In this document: piece after piece, positions 1 to 13,506 of the stretch | Position numbering within the stretch: the first letter of the stretch is position 1 | How the letters are laid out: every line of letters begins with the position of its first letter | NCBI RefSeq assembly: GCF_036588685.1 | Contig: NC_086376.1 | Span: 87,523,630-87,587,629, forward strand | DNA: 64,000 nucleotides | Reading direction: 5' to 3' | DNA from: Mytilus trossulus | Lineage: Eukaryota | Position numbers and translations under genes: made by a program | The notes under the pieces: generated by a model | What the model was told of the DNA's origin: nothing | The model's input: the letters and a program-made list of their open reading frames with translations, nothing else | Database searches by the model: none

Positions 1-3000
1 TCCATTATCTTCAAGCTAAGAAGCACACATATAATTGGTTATACTCTGGTAATTGAATTATTAGAAACATCATTATTACATGTATTCAGATAAGCAAAAT
101 AATAACGTTTCTGTCTGCCTCATGGGGATTTGAACATACAGTTTACATTTGTACCAGATTTCAGCAAATCAGAAACATACAAGTATCAAAAGAAAAACAT
201 GTACTTGAAGATAGCTGAAAAACGTGTTTATGTTGTACATGTATTTTGTGTTGAATTCAAATGAACCCTGTTACACTACCTGGTTGGTTTGAATTCACTT
301 CTTAACATCTCTGTCTATATCTATATGTAAATGAAAGTGGTTTTTTTTGTAATTTCAGCTTAAACAGAGACACACAAAGTAAAAACTTAAGTCAGGAATT
401 TTACATAAAATCCAATGTTTCAATTGTCATCTAACAATCACATAATAGTATCATATTTACATGTATTTGCAAGACGAGAGGTAAAAAAAAAGACTGCTGT
501 TTTTCTTTCATTTAGACTATTTTATCAAATAAATTGTTCTGCATATTCTGCATGTCACAAGTGAGAGAGTAGATCTTTAGAAGGGCCTCTCTCAAAGATG
601 GACTCCAACAGGACTAAATTTTGACCCAGGAGGTACAAATTTACAGACTGCATTTGGATTCCAATACCCATATTCCAATATAGCTATAAATAGTAGATAA
701 TGATAACTTGTACAAAATGTATATCTTAAAAAGTATTACGTCTTATTTATATTTAAATAAATCAAGTTTACTAATTTCTGCTTGGAAATATATATACCTT
801 TCAGTGGAGGATTCAGGAGGAGGGGGTTGGACCCCCCTTTATTTCTTGACGGACAATGCATTTGAATTGGGACTTATAGTTAGAACAACCCTTTACCCTA
901 GGTTAGAAACCACCTTTAAAAAATGTCTGGTTCTGGCTTTAATGCTATACTTACTGTCATATAATTATCATTGCCGTTAGTAGGAAATATGAGATAAAAA
1001 AAAATCTTGGGTAAAAAGAATAAAGATGGTATACCACCTGAAATTTTCTGAAAAAAAAAAGAATATTATGTAACTCTTTGATTTTATTTGATATATCAGA
1101 ATGTTTCCTACTGGGATAATTTTGAGATTCCTTTTCCCCAACTTAGTTCAGAACATCATTTTAGCATACCTAAATTAATTTTTTGGCAGTACTAACTTTT
1201 TCCTGCAGTGTTACAAGTATTAATAATAAATACATGTACATATAACCTATTGAATCTATGGCAGACGATGGTAGACATTTTTTTTATGATGAAGTACTTG
1301 AGAGATAAGATGTGTTCCTGTTTATGTTGTAAATATCTTCACCATAATGTTTTCATAATCTGAAGTGGAAGTGAGGCTGCAGAGGCTGGATTTCTTGTAA
1401 ATGTGTAAATAAATCAGAAAAGTATTATAGATAAATATTTTCTTTAGAAAAAGAGTCTTTGAAGAAAATGATAACTGTATCAGATAATTTTGACATCAAA
1501 GACATATTTTGTCTGGTTTTTTTTTTTCCATATTTTTTTCATGAATGAGGAATGACAATTTTAATTTCATATTTTTTTGTATTTTGTAACCACAGATGAT
1601 AAGAAGGTCAGTTAATTTCTGATTGGCATTTTAGTTCAATGGTTCCATCCTTTACCTGTTACCTGTTAGGATAGTGGAGACTTGAGATATTTTTATTTCA
1701 TGACAACAACTGACACAGATCTAGAGTGTTTACATTAACGGAAATGAGGGTTGAGTTTCAAAATCAATGGGGTTCTTTTTTTGTAGCTGACCATCATGAT
1801 TTTAACAGTAAATCCTTAGATAATTGGTTAATTATTTGAGTCAAGTATAAATCATGGCATGATAAAAAAGTTATTTCCCTGTTTTTTCTTCCTTTTATTG
1901 TTTATTTTGTTGAACAAATGTTGTGATCATGTCTTAAACATTGAAAGGTAGCATTAATAGGTAAAGTATTTAAAATGGAGTATTTTGAGGCATCTAAATA
2001 CATGTCTTGAAAAGAGATCAGACTCAGAAAAATTTAGTCTTGACTTGGATGTACTTTTTGCACTAGTAGAAAAAGAGTTAGAGGAAAATATTTTTATATG
2101 CATAAAATGAATGTTTGAATTTCAACCCCCAGAATTTTAAGAAAGAAGTTTCCTTTGCTGCATCAACTATTGTAGAAGGAATGTATTGGTACCCTCAACT
2201 ATCTCAGCTATGTTCTCTTACTTATTACATAGATTATTTTATCTGTCTAGTGATTTGATGATTATTTCTTATGTACAAGAACATTTATATAAATTGTTTT
2301 GAAAAGAGAAATTATCAAGTTGTTTTGATGTAATGTACTAAGTATATAATGGTTACACCTAAAAATCTGGGTGAATTTTCATAAAATTTAAATTTAGAAT
2401 TTTAAATTGAACCATGGTGTTTTTAAGTCATTATCAGAAAAGATATAGTTCCCAGTACGAGTAAATGTAGATTTCTGTTCATTGGGTTCAAGATATCCTT
2501 TATGGATTACAAGGCTTCATTGTATCATTCTTTTTTATATGTCACTATTTATATCTGTTTCATGCCACCATATCAGCCACCACTAATTTATTTAATTGCT
2601 ATAACCTTAAAGCCTTTTTTATTGCATTGCCAAAACAATATTCCAGAAAGTGCTTATTTGTGTCTTATTCTTTCAAACATGCTGAAAGATTGACCTGTTG
2701 CTTTAAATTTATGGAAATCTACCCTATTGCATTAGCCGTACTCAATGATACTATCTTTTTCTTGCATTTGTAAGTCTGGCACATTGTAATATATGTACTT
2801 TTAATGATGACAAAATAAAATATATCAATGGTCAATTTTAAACATCAACAGTTCCTTTTACTAGACCACTAGCTGTCTTGGTAGTATGAATATAATTTCC
2901 CCTGAAATCTTTCAGACCAATTTAAAATACATTAATCCTAGCTGTCAACAAATTAAGGCAGGGTGCTATTCATCTTCCCTCCTAAAATAAGATATAGATA

Positions 3001-4422
3001 AAGAGATAATTGTATTGACAACAGTACATCCTTGTTTTACTGTAACTAGACGTATACCTGTAGGGTAGACATGTATTATTATTAATAATATAGACATCAT
3101 GATCCTGAATATTTATAAATACTCAATTTGGGGAAAAAAATCCCCCTAATCATGTGAATTTGACCACATTCATCAGTTACAGTTAAATTTGCATGTGACT
3201 TTTCCTGTACATGAGTTGGTTTAATTTGAAAAGAGACAAAAAAGGGATGCTGAAATAAGATAGTGAATATGCATGAAGTTGAACAAAATAAAGTGAGAGC
3301 AGTTTACTGCGAGGTTCATATTTGCTGGAGTTAGGTGCATTTACAATCTTGTTATTGAGATGGCCTTGTTTATGAAAGAACAGGTAGTAAAGAAAAAAAA
3401 CTGACCTATTTATTTTTGGTGAATTTAATTGTAAACAAGCTAAAATCATATATTCATATACTATATATATTCATAAGACGTTAACCTAATTTGAAAATAA
3501 AGGACCCCTGCATATCAAGCACACCTACAATTGAGTTATAATTTTAAGAATCTACTTCTTCAACTTTCAGCTGATTTATGATTTATTGATTGACTTCTCT
3601 TACACTAAAATTTTCATTCCAGTTATCAAAATTTCTGTTTGATGAAATTCTTTCATTAGCCATAAAGTAGAACTTAAGTATCTATTTAGTGAGGTTTTAA
3701 AAGTCTTTAGGTCAAAGATCAAGTTCACAATGTTTATAAACAGACCAAACTTAGGAAAATTGACTCCAAACTGTAGAGTCATTATAATTTATGGCAATTT
3801 GATCAAAGGTTAAGGTCAAAATAGCTTCAAGTAGATTTATATTTTAAGGCTAATTTTTGGTTTCCTATAAAAAAAAAAACTCAACATCATGACCTTGACC
3901 CAAGTGGTCAATATCATGAGGTTCATACAACTTTGAATAAACTCATCATGAAAAAAGGGTATATATGTAAAGCAAGTGATTATGGTATATAGTGGAATTT
4001 TTGAAAGTTTCAACAGTACCAGCCATCAAATTAAATTGCTTTGTGTGGAGTAAATATTAAATTAAGGAGAAGTGGTATGATTGCCAATGACACATCTATC
4101 CATTAGAGATTGATTGAAATGGATTCTAGCAATCATACACTGTACAATCTGCAACAATGAGAAAAACTCACACCATATACTACATGTATATATTAATTAA
4201 GGTCAAAAATGAAAAATGTGAAACAATTTAAAAGCTATGTCTTTTCTTTTTGTTGATGTCTTATGTGTAAAAGAACATGAATAGGATTCAATAAGTTTTA
4301 AAGTAAGTCTTTTCTAGGTTATATGATGATTATTTCTATATTTTATTTATAAAAACAATATGCTACACTTTCTCTCTGCTTTCTTGCATCAAATAATTAT
4401 GTTCTTGTTCTTTATTTTTCAG

Positions 4423-4938
4423 AGGCTCCATTACTGAACAACATGTTAAATCGTCCGTCTGTGTCAATGCCTTCCGAGATATCAGCGATTACGTCACAGA
4501 TGACAGCAATGACATCAGAAACACAACCATCAACCACTGTGGTTCAGTCAAACAGTTTGCCTATCAAATATTATACAATGACTAGATTCTCTTTAATGCA
4601 ATGGCATAAACTTCAAGGGAAAAATGTACAGATCACTGATCCTAGTCGGACAATAGCTAATCGTACACCTGATGAGTTTTGCAATGGTTACGTTTTTTCA
4701 TCACGACCATTAAAATGTGGTGAAAAAGTAGTGTTACAAGTACTAGGAATAGATAGATCATATGTTGGTGGATTAGCCGTGGGCTTTACTACGTGTTCAC
4801 CCGATTCTGTGTCACAATCAGAACTTCCTGACGATGCTGATTTATTATTAGATAGAATGGAATATTGGGTTGTAAATAAAGACGTATATCGGTCACCAGA
4901 AATAGGAGACGAGTTGTGTTTTCATTTAACTAATGAGG
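4423..4938 (+). CDS. neur: neuralized exon, N-terminal part of the NHR domain
   Basis: ttttttcag acceptor at 4421-4422, donor G|GTTGGT after 4938; overlaps ORF 4443..4988. Confidence 0.9.
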
Positions 4939-7900
4939 GTTGGTATTATTTTGTACAAATTAAAATAACAAAATACCAAAAACTTTGAGGAAAATATAAA
5001 AAGGAAATAAAAGTCCCTAATCAAATGGCAATATCAAAAGCTGAAACGCATCTACTGAATTCAAACCTATCAAAAACAAAATACTGCCCATATGATTAAT
5101 TGACTTGGTTGGTTCAAGAAAAAAGCTATATCCATTTTGTCCATTAGTATAGATTGATCATACAGAATTCATTCTTTGATTACTGAATTATTGATGTAAA
5201 TCGGAAATTTGTCATCAATACAAAGGGAAAAATATATAAAGCCATGGTTGGTGTTAGATACATCTCAGGCTACACCCATGTCTGTGTTACATATTTTATG
5301 AAGGGATCAGATTGATTTCATAGACAGCATGATAAGCACAACTACATCAATGTCGCTTTTAAAAGGGTTTTCATAAACAGTTTGAGTCTGGCTCCATGTT
5401 GAAGGCTATACTTTCATGTATATTAGTTGTTTTATACATTGTGACTTGGATGGAGAGTCTCTTTGGCACTCATACCACATCTTTTTATTTATACTAGAGT
5501 CGGTTAATGTTGTAGTAATCATCTTTATTTCCCATTCATCTTTTGTTTGTTTAAAAATTTCCTGGAATATGTTTCCAGTCCAAAACTTTCAAAATCCTTA
5601 AAGAATATTTGATGTTACTTGGTTATATTGTTGTCTAGACAGTGTATGCATGCCATGAATTTCATAAATTGGATTGTTTTTCTCAAGGTCAAGGTTACAA
5701 ACTTAATTCAACCAGGATGTGTACGATTGGAATGTCTGTCTGCAAGGTGAAGATGACAAACATTTCAAAATTAAACAAAAATTGAATGCCTTTAAGGATA
5801 TTATTTCTTGTCAGTCACCGGCCAAAGTGTTGCATGTACGGTTGTTAACGAGGTCATAGGAAATACTTCATATACTTATATGAGTAAAAGGACTTTCAAT
5901 TTCATTTTGTAAACTTGTCTGGCAGTACCTTTAGTTAATGTTGTACCCTTTAGTTAGAATTGTACAATCTACATGCATATGTAAGCCATCCATATACTAT
6001 TGTAGTTAGGTTTCCACATGTTATTCTTCATGCTTGAAGATATTGATTTGACATTTGGTAGAAAGTTTTATCATGACAAATTACAGATCAAGTTGGAATT
6101 TTGCTCCAGTCTGATGTTTGTCTGCAGAGTTATGGTCCTTGGACTTTGAAAATTCATTCAAATAATCATTTTTTCCACATTCTGTTCATGCTTGAAGATA
6201 TTGAATTTATATTTGTTATATATTTTACACCATGACAAGTTATTAATCAAGTTAGCATTTTGTTCCAGGGCAATAAATTTTTACTGGTAGGGGACTATGT
6301 ATTGCTATACAATACTCTAAGAACGCTTGTTGCTTTAAATTTCCATTATCAAGATTCTCACAATTAGTTTTTGTCTTTATACATGACATATGCATGGGTT
6401 CGAATCCTGGCGAGGGAAGAACCAAAATTTGCGAAAGCAAATTTACAGATCTAACATTGTTGGGTTGGTGTTTAGACGAGTTGTATATACATTATGTACA
6501 CAGCCATGTATCACCATCATTGATGGCGATCCGATGGATAAATCTGTTGTAGAGTTGTCACTGACTCAGACGTACTTATGAATATAATTATTTTCTGTGA
6601 CTGTATCTTACATGAATTTGTAGGATCCTTTTCAATAGATAATTTAGCTGATCTGTAACAATAACATCTTCATGCCTGATATATCATGTACTGTAGTACG
6701 CCGCTAGATTAAAACTGAAGTGGAAAGTAAACACATGCCCACCAAAAGCGTTACTTTTGAAGCCCAGGTGGTCGTGTGGTCTAGCGGGACGGCTGCAGTG
6801 CAGGCGATTTGGTGTTACGATATCACAGTAGCATGGGTTCGAATCCCGGCGAGGGAAGAACCAAAAATTTGCGAAAGCAAATTTACAGATCTCATACCCG
6901 TAGCCAGGGGGGTTCGGACGAACCCCCCCTTGAAAACTAATAAGCACTGTGAAAGTAGATGTTCTGATAAAGTCGAGTTTGTGAGTCAAACGAACCCCCC
7001 TTTGGAAATTCCTGGCTACGGGCCTGGATCTAACATTGTTGGGTTGGTGTTTAGACAAGTTATTTTCCCTCCGGTTTATATGATCCGTTCATCCTTTATT
7101 GACTCTTTAAATTCAAGAGTTTATCTAAAAATGAGGGTACTTTTTCTAAAAATGAGGATACTCTTTATATGGCCTTCCAAATACCGTTTCGATCCCTAAC
7201 ATCACTGAAGAGACATTTATTGTCGAAATCCGGATCTGGTGTACTAAAATATATTGACACCGTAGGATTGTGGCATAACATCGCGGCCACAAGTTTAAAA
7301 AGTTTTTCTGTTTAGCATTAATTAAGATCCATTTTGTTACATCTTGTGATCAATTTTATTTGGCAATCAACAATGGCAGTCAGCAGGGTTAAAGAACATC
7401 AGTTGCTCTACCTGTTAGTCAAATGCGTTTTGTTTAAATATACTTTTTCACTTTTTGGGTCTTTTGGGAAATGTTGTTTGTGCTGTTTTAGACCCTTCTA
7501 CAACAAAATTTGTTTAACATGCACACCTATAAAAATTGCGGTTTTTATCCAACGCAATCATAGGTTTGAATGTAGTTTTCAATTTAGACTCGTTTATATA
7601 TATGTATATATATATATATATACAACTCGTCTAAACATCAACCCAACAATGTTAGATCTGTAAATTTGCTTTCGCAAATTTTTGGTTCTTCCCTCGCCGG
7701 GATTCGAACCCATGCTACTGTGATATCGTGACACCAAATCGCCTGCACTGCAGCCGTCCCGCTAGACCACACGACCACCTGGGCTCTCAAAAAAAGAGCT
7801 TTCGGTGGCCATATGTTACCTTTCCACGTCAGTTTTAATCTAGCGGCGTACTACAGTACATGATATATAAGGCATGAAGATGTTATATATATATATATGA

Positions 7901-9880
7901 AAATAACACTTTTTGACAGAATGTGTAAATAAAGAAGAATAGTTTGATGTTCAGGAGCTCACAATACATTGAATACATACATTAAACATTATTACTTAAG
8001 ACATTGGGTTCATTGACATTAAGATTGAATCACACCTAGGACTTCTAGTGTCCAACATATATCTGCCACAGTACATTGTAAAAATAAGGAGGTGTGGTAT
8101 GATTGATGAGTTTAAGTGACGAAGATAAAAGTAATCATAGGTCACCATTTACAGCCTTTAACAATGAAACAAACTATGTTTCCATTGTTACTCAAAAGTA
8201 CTACATGTATACAGATACAGATACATCAAGGTAGTGAAAGACTAAATTCATTCCTTTCTATGTAGTAACCCATCTTATTAGGTGTAAAAGTCTCCTTTTG
8301 GAACTTTATTGGTGCCCTGTTTAAGTATATAGAACATGACTCACTTACCAAAAATTACATACAAGATAAACAGTTCAAGTGATTTGCGAGAAAATTTGTA
8401 TGAAGTTGTTTCTGTCATGAAAATAATTATGGTCATAATTTCAATTATTTTTTTGTGTTTTCAGGAGAAGTGCGATATTCCAGAAACAACAGTAAAGTAG
8501 CCACTCTAATGCATGTAGATAGAACATTACCATTATGGATATTTTTTGACATATATGGAAACATACAAAAAATGAGATGTTTAGGTAAGTTTATATGCTG
8601 GAAGTAATGTTTACCGATTGAAAGGGAAACTTTGCTACTAACGACATAATTCTCAAAATACATACGTTATTTTAACCTGAATATTTCAGTCATTATATTC
8701 TGCAAATCTACGATTACAAATGTACTTCAATAACACCTGAATGCATGCATAGTCAATTAAATATCTTCAATCAGATCATTCGGAATAAGCTCAGAGTTTT
8801 CCTATCTCAATTAAAACTGAGATGATTGCTGATCGGTCACTTCTACAGGGCACCAATCCCAATCTAGGGTTCTTGAAGAGTTTATATCGTGTTTGGAATT
8901 CAGGTCCTTACAAGTAGAAGAGATTTATTAGGGGTATTACTAATATATTCATGTTAATGTTATTTTGAATAAAAACAGGTAGCTATGTTAATGAATAAAC
9001 TAATATTTTAAAGTTAATATATATTAGAAAATCTGGTTATGGTGCCAATGAGACAACGCACCATCCAAGTTACAATTTGTGTAAAAAGTAATCAATTATA
9101 GGTGAAAGCACAACCTTCCACACAGAGCCTTGACTCACATCTAACAGCAAGCTGTATAGGGCCCTAAAATGACTTCGTGTTAAATCATTCAAACAAGAAA
9201 ACCAAAGGTCTAATCTATATGAAAAACGAGAAACGAGAAACACTTATGAACAACATTCACAACCAACAAACAATGAACATCAGTGTGATGTATATACTAT
9301 ATATATTGCTAAGAAATGTGAATACAATTTAATCTTGACACCAAAATGAACTTTCAGTTTGACTTATATTTTGTATGTTTTTGCAGGTGTAGCACCTCAT
9401 CAGCCACCAGTGCCACCTCGACCACGTTCAACCTCCTACCTAACCCAGGGATCACCACTTAGTGTAGCTCTACCCCGTCCAGAGAGACCAGTTCAACCTA
9501 CCAACCAAAACATCGCTAATTCTCATGCTAGCACGCTACAACAAAGGCAACTGCAGGAACAGCATGCAGCATCCATGGTACGGAGTATCAGCGTGCCGTC
9601 TGGGGTTTATGTTTCGTCCAAATCGTCTCCTCCTGTTCCACCTAAAACCCATAAATCCCATTCCATTTCGACACCAACATCACCGACAGAAAATATGATC
9701 CCTGAAAATGATATAAGTGAATGTACAGTATGTTATGAAAGGGAAGTTAATTCTGTGTTATATAAATGTGGACACGTGTGTATGTGTTTCGAATGTGCCA
9801 TTCATGTAAAGGAAAAAGGAGCTTTATGTCCTATCTGTCGACAGACAATATTAGACGTCATCAAAATATATAAAACATGA
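4423..9880 (+). CDS. neur: Neuralized-like E3 ubiquitin ligase, 3' part (NHR domain + C-terminal RING); coding exons 4423-4938, 8465-8584, 9387-9880; upstream exons not identified in the window
   Basis: Exon 4423-4938 encodes an NHR/Neuralized domain (GKNVQI..FCNGYVFSSRPLKCGE..GGLAVGFTTCSP..LPDDADLLLDRMEYWVV). Phase-1 GT/AG introns join GEVRYSRNNSKVATLMHVDRTLPLWIFFDIYGNIQKMRCL and then a Pro/Ser linker plus the RING ECTVCYEREVNSVLYKCGHVCMCFECA..CPICRQTILDVIKIYKT*. Confidence 0.93.
6388..7886. repeat. tRNA-derived (SINE-like/satellite-like) repeat: tandem partial copies on + (6388-7060) and an inverted copy (7621-7886)
   Basis: A-box-like tggtcgtgtgg and B-box ggttcgaatcc (about 6762-6856); reverse-complement copy at 7621-7886. 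Confidence 0.7.
6893..7026. mobile_element. 134-bp MITE inserted in the tRNA-derived repeat
   Basis: TIR cccgtagccagg / cctggctacggg; 5-bp TSD gatct (6888-6892, 7027-7031); the empty site acagatctaacattg is visible in the sister copy near 6445. Confidence 0.85.
8465..8584 (+). CDS. neur: neuralized exon, C-terminal part of the NHR domain
   Basis: ttttcag|GAGAAG...TTAG|gtaagt; 120 nt, phase 1-1; PLWIFFDIYG motif. Confidence 0.9.
9387..9880 (+). CDS. neur: neuralized terminal coding exon, C3HC4 RING
   Basis: tttttgcag acceptor; RING motif; stop TGA at 9878-9880. Confidence 0.92.
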
Positions 9881-12800
9881 AACACTGTTATAAGCATTAT
9901 ATTTGATTCTTTATAAGGATAGAACCATTATGTTTGGTTTAGTAGGTAGTGTTAACTTCCTTTCCTCCTATCTGTGATTGTAATTTAATTTAAGAATTAT
10001 TTGTAACCTAAGATATTTACTAAGGTCATTAAATTATTTATTTTTGGCATATTTTTTTCCAAAGCTTATACAAGTTAAAAATTGTCAGAAAAGTGCTAGC
10101 CAAAAATATCTGAGTTAACTATGTGGAAATCTATTTAGTATACATTGTGAAGTAGAAAAAATGATAAATTTAGAGGTGCTACTTATTGGAAAGCCAAAGT
10201 AGATAAATGTAGTAAAATTGTAATATTGCTGGCAGTATTACATAAAAATGTGGCATTTAGATCAAATTTAAAGGTCTCATTTCTACTTCAATATGCATTA
10301 CTTTGTTATGATATTTGAAATAAAATTCTCTTCATTCAGATTCAGTAGTTTACCATTTTAAGAATATCAGAAAATTATCACACTAATTCAATTTGATCAA
10401 ACTTAATGAAAAATAATCTTTTTGTTTATAACCCTCATTTCTTTCTGTATTTGTTTTCTCCAGTCTATTTTTAGTCATCAATATTTTGTTTTCACCAATT
10501 TCCCCTTTTCAATCTCAGGACTTTTTATACATTCTTTTTATTTCTTGTAATGTATTTGTTTTTGAGTTATCCCCCTTTGAATGGTGCTCATTTATTGTTT
10601 TATCTTTGACAAGTGCTGTTGTGTACATAGATATGATTGAGAATAATGCATTTTAAAAGTAGATATAGTTGTATTGAAAAAGAAATTAAATTTCTTTTAT
10701 ATATATACTGGTCTGTGGTAACATTCATTAACATTATCATGGATTCAATTTTATACATGTTTTATTTGAATACTAAATTCAGAAATTTTTGCAATGTTTT
10801 TCTTAATCCAATAAAGCATCTCATTAATTCAAAAACACATTCTCAATTCATTTACCATAAGATTAAGCATTTTCAGAAATCCCATAACTTTTTGTCTTTA
10901 CAAAAATTGGCCACAATAACATAATTGAAGAATGCAAAAATAGTAATGTTCTTAAATTCAAATTCACTTGAGTCATCAATTGGATCTGAAAAACAAAATC
11001 AGAATTTGTAAGGTTTTAAATTGAAAAATAAAACATAATGTTAGAGCCTTTCAGAAAAAAAAATCTATTTTTAAAATGTAATTTTGTACTGTTTTATTTG
11101 GTGTTGTTTTCAATATAAAAAGCTTTAATATTTGAAAAAGAAGGTCCATTTCATCAGTACTTATACATCTATCAATAAATTTTGATGATATTAGCTTTCA
11201 TTAATCATAACATTCAAAATATAGACCAGTTTTCTTATGTCATAATGGTTGTTAAATATATTTGAAGAGATATTATATTTATATGTATATAATGGTTTAG
11301 TGCAATTGTTTTTATAACTCTTTAAAACTTGTTATCTAACAATGCAAGATGTCGGTATATATGAAATTATTTATTGAGCTATTTCCCCTTTTCATCATTT
11401 TTCATTTAGATCAAAATTGTATAAAAATGTGTCCTATAAAATATTCTGAATATGAACTAATAATTTCTTAAAATATCAAATTAACATCAAATTAACGTTT
11501 TTTGAAGTTTCAATTTAAAACTAACAATTACTTACACATAGATTACGACTGTTTTCTGTGGTGATATGTTGTTGTAACTTTTTTGTATACATTTTCCTAC
11601 ATATTGAATTCAAACTCTTTCTACTAAAATAATGTATATTAAAACATTTTACCAAATGATGAAACGATAGAAATCATTTAGCATGTTGAACGAGTTTAAA
11701 TGGCAGATTATTATTGTATGAATTTGAGAATTCTTTCCATTTCATTGAGTATTTTAACTAACAGGGTGACTGGTTCACACACAAAGTATTATATATTTTC
11801 ATTCATTCATTCATTCATCAAATTAGGATTTGTTTTCTCACTATTTCTATCAATTCTATAGGGGTGTATTTATTTTTACACAAAGTCAGCAGCTCTGAAA
11901 GTCTTATTTGGTCATCAGAAGACCTACTAGATAAGAGAAAAACTCAAAAATTATTTTCATGTTTTTAAGAATTCAAAAATTGCAGCATTATCAGATTGCA
12001 ATAATAAAAACTTGCATTCATAATTTCAGTAGTAATTATTCTTTGGTTACTTATATTTAATTTCCTATCATGTTAAATAAGTGCAAACATACAAACCATG
12101 CAAATGGTTTGCAGAATGCAATAATGTTGATATGAAGTGAGTAGTGATCTTTAATGCTCAGATTAAACACAATCATGCATATTTTAGGCATTGAAATCTT
12201 AAATGAAAACCTTGAAATTATCCAGATTTACAATATTGTTAGTCTTTACAGATTTTGTAGAAGAAATGATATTTTATCAGACAGAATTGTCCTTTTCTTG
12301 TTGATAAGATAATGGTGAAGTTAAAACATTTGATTTCAATTGCAATTGTTTCCATCTATTTTCTTGTCAGTTCCTTACTATATCATCTTTATAGAATCAC
12401 TAATCGGTGACTGCAATAGTTTGAAAAGAAAGTCATTGTACTATGTACCATGATTTTTAATTTCTTATAGCTGTCTCTGTTGAAAAAGAATAAGATTTTT
12501 AAAATGAGGTAGCTCTGTACACATTCTGACTTATTTTATATTATTATTTTTCAAGGGTACAGAGTTATAAATGAAGATGAATATCATTATCAGCTTTAAT
12601 GTAGAAATTGTTCTACATTTCACTTAATTTCATTGTTATTATGTCATCTTGTTACATTAGATGAGAGTTGCTGGAGTGTAATATACAAATAAACATTTTA
12701 GTATGACTCAAGTGTTTCCTTATTTAACAACAGATTTTAAATTGGAGAAGTACTGAACGGTTTGCTGTCTGTCGAAACAATGGTAGTTCACAGTAACTCT

Positions 12801-13103
12801 AAAGTTGATTGTCTTATTATTAACTCACTATCACAAGCCAATAACAATGGTCCTGGTCGATTTTAGAGAGTAGATGACAATCTTCCTTCAAAAGAAGAGA
12901 GATGAGAGGAGCCTAATTAAGTGCTTCCTAGTCGGGATCTATTTTTCATTGAGATTTTGATCCACTGTATATCCTTTCACACCAAGCTTTAGCTCATACC
13001 AAATAAGTTCTTTTGGAATTGACAGGTAGGAGAATAATTAAAACTGAGACAGTTTTGCTGTAAATGAGGTACAAATTGAACATTAAAGCACATTTTTAGG
13101 CAG

Positions 13104-13506
13104 TTAAGGATGTCTGCTTGTCATGTTTTGGATTTTTTGTCAGATTTTCGGAAACCTCTGGTTTTATCCATTTGAATGCCTTAAAAATTTTTCCCCATGA
13201 GCCCCATTTTTCTTTTTATAAATCTTTTACATGTACCGGTATAATAATAAGTCATTTGTAAATGACTTATAACATTTTATTTATTTATTAATAGTATTTG
13301 AGAACGCTAACTGGTTAAAGATAAAGCAATGAAAAATCAAGAGAGAACATTTTCCTGCCAAAATTCAAATGGCGTATATCTCGAAAACAAGCACATGGAC
13401 CCCTATATCTTTTCTGCTTTTTTGATTCCTCAATTTATTCCCTATCAATACATACTAGTTTTATGAAAAATTATTTATTCTGAAACTGAGCAGCGAACAT
13501 CCTTAA
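13104..13506. mobile_element. TTAA-flanked MITE
   Basis: ttaa-ggatgt....acatcc-ttaa termini. Confidence 0.65.

Noticed and set aside
6762-6856. Functional tRNA gene
   Set aside because: A/B boxes are present but there is no convincing acceptor stem or cloverleaf, and it is embedded in a multi-copy repeat.
6684-7663. ORFs 6684-7058, 6720-7199 and 7334-7663
   Set aside because: Chance frames across repeat and MITE sequence, with no protein motifs.
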